Assembly (NCBI GenBank): GCA_002269645.1
Contig: NIVC01000637.1
Location: forward strand, 1-64,000
DNA: 64,000 bases
Origin: Macrostomum lignano
Lineage: Eukaryota
Direction of reading: 5' to 3'
Below are positions 1-10,100 of the stretch, piece by piece (position 1 is the stretch's first letter; every line of letters begins with the position of its first letter). The translations under genes and the position numbers were made by a program. The notes beneath the pieces are model-generated. The model searched no databases and was not told where the DNA came from. It worked only from the letters and a program-made list of their open reading frames with translations.

Positions 1-195
1 CCCTGTTTATCTCAGTCTGTTCCCTGTTTATCCTCAGTCTGTTTCCTTGCTCCTTGCTTATCTCAGTCTGCTCCCTGTTTATCTCAGTCTGCTCCCTGTT
101 TTATCTCAGTCTGTTCTTGCTCCTTGCTTATCTCAGTCTGCTCCCTGTTTATCTCAGTCTGCTCCCTGTTTATCTCAGTCTGCTCCCTGTTTATC
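1..195. repeat. ~21-bp minisatellite (TCTGCTCCCTGTTTATCTCAG)
   Basis: Direct tandem copies visible. Confidence 0.9.
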
Positions 196-559
196 CGTCC
201 CCTGACTACATCAGTCCCCGACTGTTCGAACTGCTCAGTGGCTGATTCAATCTTCAACTCATAAATATATCGGCCGACTCTCACCCGACTCCTCCATTCT
301 GCCAGTCTGTGCCCCCTCATACAGCCGAACCCCCAGCTTCCCTCCTGTCTGCTTCATCCCAATCAGCACAGCGAGAGTTCCCAATCAAAGCCGGCCAGCC
401 CACTCCCCAAATTATTGACCTTTCACTCAACTCGTGGAAAACCTCTGAGGATTAATCGAGATGGGAACTGGGAAGAGAAATGCCCGATTATGCAAATCTG
501 GATGCGCGTGTCTTTGACTCAGGGTGAACCTGCGGCTGGCGCCAGGTCGTTTGCGTCTA

Positions 560-1170
560 CCTGTCCATCTCTGCCTGTCCATCTCTGCCTGTCCATCTCT
601 GCCTGTCCATCTCTGCCTGTCCATCTCTGCCTGTCCATCTCTGCCTGTCCATCTCTGCCTGTCCATCTCTGCCTGTCCATCTCTGCCTGTCCATCTCTGC
701 CTGTCCATCTCTGCCTGTCCATCTCTGCCTGTCCATCTCTGCCTGTCCATCTCTACCTGTCATCTCTGCCTGTCCATCTCTGCCTGTCCATCCTTACCTG
801 TCCATCTAGGACAGGGATGGACAGGCAGAGATGATCAGAGCAGAGATGACAGGTAAGGAGAGATGATCAGCCTGTCCATCTCTGCCTGTCCATCTCTGCC
901 TGTCCATCTCTGCCTGACCATCTCTGCCTGTCCATCTCTGCCTGTCCATCTCTGCCTGTCCATCCCTGCCTGTCCATCTCTGCCTGTCAGTCAGTCAGTC
1001 AGTCATTCAGTCAGTCAGTCAGTCAGTCAGTCAGTCAGTCAGTCAGTCAGTCAGTCAGTCAGTCAGTCAGTCAGTCAGTCAGTCAGTCAGTCAGTCAGTC
1101 ATTCAGTCAGTCAGTCAGTCAGTCAGTCAGTCAGTCAGTCAGTCAGTCAGTCAGTCAGCAAGTCAGTCAG
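560..1170. repeat. 14-bp minisatellite (CTGCCTGTCCATCT) followed by (CAGT)n microsatellite
   Basis: Tandem copies 560-985 with an inverted patch at ~805-865; (CAGT)n at 986-1170 abuts the acceptor at 1189. Confidence 0.95.
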
Positions 1171-1189
1171 CAGCCCCCTGCACCCGCAG

Positions 1190-4100
1190 GCAAGCAGCAG
1201 GCTCTGTTCAAGCTGGCCATGCGGCAGTGGGAGAACGTGAGCTGCATCCGGTTTGTGGAGAAGGAGAACTCGCACAGCTCCTACATCGAGTTCACCGCCC
1301 TGGACTGCGGCTGCTGCAGCTACGTCGGCCGAAAAGGCGGCGTCCAGAGCGTCAGCATCGGCAAGAACTGCGACAAGCTGGGCATCGTGATGCACGAACT
1401 GGGTCACGTGATCGGCTTCTGGCACGAGCACACCAGGCCGGACAGGGACAAGTACATCGAGATCATCGAGGAGAACATTCTGGAGAGTGAGTCGGGGAGC
1501 CTGTGTGACTCAGGCCCGGTATGGAGAGTGAGCCGGGGAGCCTGTGTGACTCATGCCCGGTATGGAGAGTGAGTCGGGGAGCCTGTGTGACTCAGGCCCG
1601 GTATGGAGAGTGAGTCGGGGAGCCTGTGTGACTCAGGCCCGGTATGGAGAGTGAGTCGGGGAGCCTGTGTGACTCAGGCCCGGTATGGAGAGTGAGTCAG
1701 GGAGCCTGTGTGACTCAGGCCCGGTATGGAGAGTGAGTCGGGGAGCCTGTGTGACTCAGGCCCGGTATGGAGAGTGAGTCGGGAGCCTGTGTGACTCAGG
1801 CCCGGTATGGAGAGTGAGTCGGGGAGCCTGTGTGACTCAGGCCCGGTCTGAGTGCTCAGAGCACTGCAGGTCAGCCGTTAACCAAGAGGCTCTCACAGAC
1901 GGGGAGACTTTCACCTGCTGCTCCCAGTCAGTAAGCCAAGGAAAACCAGGGGGATTTTCATAAACCGCTGACGAGCTGATGATCGCCAGTGCACTTGCCG
2001 GGGGGGGGCAGCAAGGCGAGCCAGCGGACCCCCGGCACCCAATATTTCATTCCGCTGCGGAAATCCCGTGCAGTCTGGGGCGGAGGGGATTTCTTTGATC
2101 CACGGGATAAACCGGCGCCTCTCGGTTCCCCAAATTCCAGCCAGAAATGCCAGAGGTGGGAGATTTGTTGTGGGCTGTTTTCTCCCGAACTGGGAAGCGG
2201 ATATGCGCACAGGCTGCAGACAATGAGCAGCTGATAGTGGCGGCCTCAGGTGGCTTCAGTGCTGTCACAAATGTAGCTTATTGGCAGAATAGTGCTGACA
2301 CAAATGTAGCTTATTGACAGAATAGTGCTGACACAAATGTAGCTTATTGACAGAATAGTGCTGACACAAATGTAGCTTATTAGCAGAATAGTGCTGACAC
2401 AAATGTAGCTTATTAGCAGAATAGTGCTGACACAAATGTAGCTTTTTGACAGAATAGTGCTGACACAAATGTTGCTTATTGACAGAATAGTGCTGACACA
2501 AATGTAGCTTATTGACAGAATAGTGCTGACACAAATGTTGCTATCTGACAGAATAGTGCTGACACAAATGTTGCTTATTGACAGAATAGTGCTGACACAA
2601 ATGTTGCTATCTGACAGAATAGTGCTGACACAAATGTAGCCTATTGACAGAATAGTGCTGACACAAATGTTGCTTATTGACAGAATAGTGCTGACACAAA
2701 TGTAGCTTATTGACAGAATAGTGCTGACACAAATGTAGCTTATTGACAGAATAGTGCTGACACAAATGTTGCTATCTGACAGAATAGTGCTGACACAAAT
2801 GTAGCTTATTGACAGAATAGTGCTGACACAAATGTTGCTTATTGACAGAATAGTGCTGACACAAATGTAGCTTATTGACAGAATAGTGCTGACACAAATG
2901 TAGCTTATTGACAGAATAGTGCTGACACAAATGTAGCTTATTGACAGAATAGTGCTGACACAAATGTAGCTTATTGACAGAATAGTGCTGACACAAATGT
3001 AGCTTATTGACAGAATAGTGCTGACACAAATGTTGCTTATTGACAGAATAGTGCTGACACAAATGTAGCTTATTGACAGAATAGTGCTGACACAAATGTA
3101 GCTTATTGACAGAATAGTGCTGACACAAATGTTGCTTATTGACAGAATAGTGCTGACACAAACGTAGCCTACTAGAAAATGGTTTCTGACACTAATCTAT
3201 CTTTGCTACTAGTGGTGAGTTCCTGACGCAAGCACCGGCCGCCCCCACACCAGGCCAGAAGTACAACTTCAAGGTGCTCACCAGCATGGACGTGGATTCG
3301 CTGGGCGAGCCGTACGATTTCGACTCCATCATGCACTACGCGCGCAGCACCTTCGCCACCTCGCCGAACCTGGACGCTATGCGGCCGGTGCAGTGCTGCC
3401 CGAGGCCCAACATCGGCCAGCGGTCCTACATCTCAGCGGGTGACATCCGCCAGGTGCACAAGCTGTACGGCTGCAGAAAGTGCGGCGGCTCGCTGCTGCA
3501 GGTGCGCTCGGACGTCTCAAACTGGATTTTGTTCGGATTTTGCCTACTTCAAGTAGCATGTAGGGGCATCAGAGATCTTTTTAGGAGGCGATGTCATCTC
3601 TCTGACTGAGGAAGCTGTATAGAAATATGAATAGCTGACTCAGAGCCATTGAGTGAGGCACAGCTCAGAGAGTGAGGCATGTCAGCTCAGAGATTGAGGC
3701 ATGTCAGCTCAGAGAGTGAGGCACAGCTCAGAGAGTGAGGCACAGTTTAGAGAGTGAGGCACAGTTCAGAGAGTGAGGCACAGCTCAGAGAGTGAGGCAC
3801 AGCTCAGAGAGTGAGGCACAGCTCAGAGAGTGGGGCACAGCTCAGAGAGTGAGACACAGCTCAGAGAGTGAGGCACAGCTCAGAGAGTGAGGCACAGCTC
3901 AGAGAGTGAGGCACAGCTCAGAGAGTGAGGCACAGCTCAGAGAGTGAGGCACAGCTCAGAGAGTGGGGCACAGCTCAGAGAGTGAGGCACAGCTCAGAGA
4001 TTGAGGCATGTCAGCTCAGAGAGTGAGGCACAGCTCAGAGAGTGAGGCACAGCTCAGAGAGTGAGGCACAGCTCAGAGAGTGGGGCACAGCTCAGAGAGT

Positions 4101-7100
4101 GAGGCACAGCTCAGAGATTGAGGCATGTCAGCTCAGAGAGTGGGGCACAGCTCAGAGAGTGAGGCACAGCTCAGAGAGTCAGACACAGCTCAGAGAGTCA
4201 GACACAGCTCAGAGAGTCAGACACAGCTCAGAGAGTCAGACACAGCTCAGAGAGTCAGACACAGCTCAGAGAGTCAGACACAGCTCAGAGAGTCAGACAC
4301 AGCTCAGAGAGTCAGACACAGCTCAGAGAGTCAGACACAGCTCAGAGAGTCAGACACAGCTCAGAGAGTCAGACACAGCTCAGAGAGTCAGACACAGCTC
4401 AGAGAGTGAGGCACAGCTCAGAGAGTGGGGCACAGCTCAGAAAGTGAGGCACAGCTCAGAAAGTGAGGCACAGCTCAGAAAGTGAGGCACAGCTCAGAGA
4501 GTGAGGCACAGCTCAGAAAGTGAGGCACAGCTCAGAGAGTGAGGCATGTCAGCTCAGAGAGTGAGGCATGTCAGCTCAGAGAGTGAGGCACAGCTCAGAG
4601 AGTGAGGCACAGCTCAGAGAGTGGGGCACAGCTCAGAGAGTGAGGCACAGCTTAGAGAGTGAGGCACAGCTCAGAGAGTGAGGCACAGCTCAGAGAGTGG
4701 GCACAGCTCAGAGAGTGGGGCACAGCTCAGAGAGTGGGGCACAGCTCAGAGAGTGGGGCACAGCTCAGAGAGTGAGGCACAGCTCAGAGAGTGAGGCACA
4801 GTTCAGAGAGTGAGGCATGTCAGCTCAGAGATTGAGGCATGTCAGCTCAGAGAGTGAGGCACAGCTCAGAGAGTGAGGCACAGCTCAGAGAGTGGGGCAC
4901 AGCTCAGAGAGTGAGGCACAGCTCAGAGAGTGAGGCACAGCTCAGAGAGTGAGGCACAGTTTAGAGAGTGGGGCACAGCTCAGAGAGTGGGGCACAGCTC
5001 AGAGAGTGGGGCACAGCTCAGAGAGTGGGGCACAGCTCAGAGAGTGAGGCACAGCTCAGAGAGTGAGGCACAGCTCAGAGAGTGGGGCACAGCTCAGAGA
5101 GTGAGGCACAGCTCAGAGAGTGAGGCACAGCTCAGAGAGTGAGGCACAGCTCAGAGAGTGAGGCACAGCTCAGAGAGTGAGGCACAGCTCAGAGATTGAG
5201 GCACAGCTCAGAGAGTGAGGCACAGCTCAGAGAGTGGACACGTCAGCTCAGAGAGTGAGGCACAGCTCAGAGAGTGAGGCACAGCTCAGAGAGTGAGGCA
5301 CTGCTCAGAGAGTCAGGCACAGCTCAGAGAGTGAGGCATAGCTCAGAGAGTGAGGTACAGCTCAAAGAGTCAGACACTGCTCAGAGAGTGAGGCACAGCT
5401 CAGAGAGTGAGGCACAGCTCAGAGAGTGAGGCACTGCTCAGAGAGTCAGGCACAGCTCAGAGAGTGAGGCACAGCTCAGAGATTGAGGCACAGCTCAGAG
5501 AGTGAGGCACAGCTCAGAGAGTGGACACGTCAGCTCAGAGAGTGAGGCACAGCTCAGAGAGTGAGGCACAGCTCAGAGAGTGAGGCACTGCTCAGAGAGT
5601 CAGGCACAGCTCAGAGAGTGAGGCACAGCTCAGAGAGTGAGGTACAGCTCAAAGAGTCAGACACTGCTCAGAGAGTGAGGCACAGCTCAGAGAGTGAGGC
5701 ACAGCTCAGAGAGTGAGGCACTGCTCAGAGAGTCAGGCACAGCTCAGAGAGTGAGGCACAGCTCAGAGAGTGAGGTACAGCTCAAAGAGTCAGACACTGC
5801 TCAGAGAGAGTGAGGCACAGCTCAGAGAGTGAGGCACAGCTCAGAGAGTGAGGCACAGTTCAGAGTTTTTCAGAATTCAAGCTTCTTCCTTTTGATTGAC
5901 ATTCCTTTAAAAAGCCGTAGGAATTCGCGCTTTTTTACTTAGAGTAGGCGCGCTGTGCATCAAAACACCCGAATCTTAACGCAGGAAGCGGCGAGTTCGG
6001 GTCGGCGGCCGCGACGTCGGAGCTGAGTAGCGGCAGCGGCGGCGGCAGCGGCAGTGGCGAGGTTCGCTGCGAATGGCAGATCTCGGCCACGCAGGGGGAG
6101 AAAGTGCAAATCGACATCAAGTGGCTGGACATTCAGGCTGAGGACAACCGCAACTGCGTGGCGCACTACCTGGAGATTCGGGACGGATATTACAGGGGCT
6201 CACCGCTGCTAGGTGGGTCACGGTGACCGTTGGGATGTCAATGTGAACAGGCGTGAATGATTCCCAGTGACTCACTGGCTGCTAATGTGAACAGGCGTGA
6301 AGGATCCCCAGTGACTCACTAGTTGCTAGTGTGAACAGGCGTGAAGGATCCCCAGTGACTCACTAGTTGCTAGTGTGAACAGGCGTGAAGGGTCCCCAGT
6401 GACTCACTGGGTGCTAGTGTGGGCAGGCGTGAATGATTCCCAGTGACTCACTGGGTGCTAGTGTGGGCAGGCGTGAATGATTCCCAGTGACTCACTGGGT
6501 GCTAGTGTGGGCAGGCGTGAATGATTCCCAGTGACTCACTGGGTGCTAGTGTGAACAGGCTTACAATCTCCCCTTTCTACTGTGAGTAGCCGCAGCTGGT
6601 GAATCCCAAGACCATCCGGGACTGAGCGGCCGGCCTCTCCGCTTTTCGTTCCAGGCCGATTCTGTGGCTCGCTGACCCCGCGCAGCGTGACCTCGAACAG
6701 CTCAAGGGTGTGGATCGAGTACCGGCTGCCGCCCGCCAGCCGCAGCAGGGGATTCTTCGCGCAGTACACCTGTGAGCTGACAGCTGCAATCTGCCAGCGT
6801 ATCATTGCAATCTGCCAGTGTTTTATTGCAATCTGACAGTGTATCATTGCAATCTGACAGTGTATTATTGCAATCTGACAGTGTATCATTGCAATCTGAC
6901 AGTGTATCCTTGCAATCTGACAGTGTATCATTGCAATCTGCCAGTGTATCATTGCAATCTGACAGTGTATTATTGCAATCTGACAGTGTATTATTGCAAT
7001 CTGACAGTGTATCATTGCAATCTGACAGTGTATCCTTGCAATCTGACAGTGTATCATTGCAATCTGCCAGTGTATCATTGCAATCTGACAGTGTATCATT

Positions 7101-10100
7101 GCAATCTGACAGTGTATCCTTGCAATCTGACAGTGTATCATTGCAATCTGCCAGTGTATCATTGCAATCTGACAGTGTATTATTGCAATCTGACAGTGTA
7201 TCATTGCAATCTGCCAGTGTATCATTGCAATCTGCCAGTGTATCATTGCAATCTGCCAGTGTATCATTGCAATCTGCCATTATCAGTTACAATCAACTCA
7301 TATTGAGTTGCAATCGGTAAACATTCTGTCACAAAATGCGGTATCTCTTTGCTGTCCTCTCAAAAAAGGCTGTGCTTAAAAAGTTCGTAGGTGCTCATAT
7401 CTTTCCATTTGAGGCGAAGGTTGCAGGCAGAAATCTGATTTGCCAATCATAAATCAATCGATCATTTTTTATTTTAACGCGAGCAGCCATCTGCGGCGGC
7501 TATCGAATCAGTGACGAGGGCCAGATCTCCAGCCCCAACTACCCCAGTGCCTACCGCGGCGACAAGGAGTGCATTTGGAAGATTGAGGTGCCTAACGGCT
7601 ACTCAGTGGCGCTCAAGTTCTTCTCTTTTGAGGTGAGTCTGGGGGAGGATGGGGCATGGGGACGTCCTGCTTCCTCCTATTAGCAGGGTGAATTGCACGA
7701 GCCTCAAGCCAAAATTCCATGCCTGAACCCCGATTTAACCACTGATTGATAGACCTCTGAGTCAGGTCAGATCAGATCAGGTCAGGTCAGATCAGGTCAG
7801 GTCAGGTCAGGTCAGATCGGGTCATGTCAGGTCAGGTCGGGTCAGGTCAGATCAGGTCAGGTCAGGTCAGATCAGGTCAGGTCAGATCAGGTCAGGTCAG
7901 ATCAGGTCAGGTCAGATCAGGTCAGATCAGGTCAGGTCAGGTCAGATCAGGTCAGGTCAGATCAGGTCAGGTCAGATCAGGTCAGGTCAGGTCAGGTCAG
8001 ATCAGGTCAGGTCAGATCAGGTCAGGTCAGATCAGGTCAGGTCAGGTCAGATCGGGTCATGTCAGGTCAGGTCAGGTCAGATCGGGTCATGTCAGGTCAG
8101 GTCAGGTCAGGTCAGATCAGATCAGATCAGATCAGGTCAGATCAGGTCAGATCAGTTCAGATCAGGTCATGTCAGGTCAGGTCGGGTCAGGTCAGGTCAG
8201 ATCGGGTCAGGTCAGATCAGATCAGATCAGGTCAGGTCAGGTCAGGTCAGGTCAGGTCAGATCGGCTCAGGTCAGATCAGGTCAGGTCAGGTCAGATCAG
8301 GTCAGGTCAGATTAGGTCAGGTCAGGTCAGATCAGGTCAGATCGGGTCAGGTCAGGTCAGATCGGGTCAAGGTAAGATGAGATCAGGTCTGCAGTTCATC
8401 GACCCACCCGCAGCTGGAGACGCACACCCAGTGCGTGTACGACTTCGTTGAGGTGCTGGAGGGCTGGTCGCAGGACGGCGTATCGCTGGGCAAGTTCTGC
8501 GGCGAGACGGTCCCGAAGCCGGTGAAGAGCACCGGCAACCGGATGACGGTGCGGTTCAAGTCGGACAACTCCGTCAACAAGATTGGCTTTGCGGCCACCT
8601 TCGAGAAGGGTGAGCTGGCCGGGTTCGAACCCTGCTTAATCCATGATTGTGAGCATACCAATATTCAGCTCACCTTACCCGAGTCTCTCTACCCAATTCA
8701 CCCTACCCAATTCACCCTACCCAATTCACCCTACCCAATTCACCCTACCCAATTCACCCTACCCAATTCACCCTACCCAATTCACCCTACCCAATTCACC
8801 CTACCCAATTCACCCTACCTAATTCACCCTACCCAATTCACCCTACCCAATTCACCCTACCCAATTCACCCTACCCAATTCACCCTACCCAATTCACCCT
8901 ACCCAATTCACCCTACGCAACTCAACCTACGCAACTCACCCTACCCAGCACACCCTACCCGTCTCACCCTACCCAAAACACCCTACACTACCTACCAAAC
9001 CTACCCACCCAGAGTACGATGAGTGCATGGCGCTGCACGGCGGGCAGCAGCACGGCTGCCAGCACATCTGCGTGAACACGCTGGGCGGCTACCACTGCGA
9101 CTGCCGGCCCGGTTTCCACCTGCACCGAGACGGTCGCACCTGCGAAGACACCTGCGGAGGCACCCTGGTGGCCATGCGGGGCTCCGTCACATCGCCCTCC
9201 TACCCGGACAAGTACCCGCCCAACAAGCACTGCAAGTGGCACATTATCGCCCCCATCGGGCACAAGATTCTGCTCAATTTCACCGCCTTTGATATCGAAG
9301 GACGCGATGTGAGTTTGGCCCGGCCACCGAGCTCTGGTCACGTGACGCACCTGCTCTCATTAATCTCATCCCTTGCCCGGTCACCGAGCTCCAGTCACGT
9401 GACGCACCTGCTCTCATTAATCTCATCCCCTGCCCGGTCACCAAGCTCCGGTCATGTGACGCACCTGCTCTCATTAATCTCATCCCCTGCCTGGGCACCG
9501 AGCTCCGGTCACGTGACGCACCTTCTCTCATTAATCTCATCCCCTGCCCGGCCACCGAGCTCCGGTCACGTGACGCACCTGCTCTCATTAATCTCATCCC
9601 CTGCCCGGCCACCGAGCTCCGGTCACGTGACGCACCTGCTCTCATTAATCCATCGCCGGCCCGCAGAGGTGCGAATACGACTACCTGGACATCTTCGACG
9701 GTGTCGACGAGGCCACCTCGAAACGAATCGGCAGATACTGCGGCGACCAGCCTCCCGAGTCCATCACCTCGGAGAATAATACGATGAAGATCAGCTTCAT
9801 CTCTGACGGCACTGTGAGCTCGCGAAGATGCTTGCGTTTATTCTCTGCACCCGCATATAAACACATGCTCTTGTGTTTATCTAAAATATTCATGCGTTTA
9901 TCTGAAATGTTCTTGTGTTTATGCTTGATTAGTGCACAACTTTTCCCTTATCAACTACTTCAACCGACTGCATTCCATCCCCTCTACCTCCCTCTCCCCA
10001 CTGCATCCGCCCCTCTCCCCACTGCATTCGCCCATCTCCCTACTCCATCCGCCCCTGTCTTCACTCCATCCACCCCCTTCTCCATCCGCCCCCTTCTCCA

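Noticed and set aside
6536-6790. Minus-strand ORF tail ([14 protein letters not shown]...) that looked like an inverted exon
   Set aside because: The plus strand at 6655-6771 encodes the missing end of CUB1 ([22 protein letters not shown]...GFFAQY) with correct splice phases.
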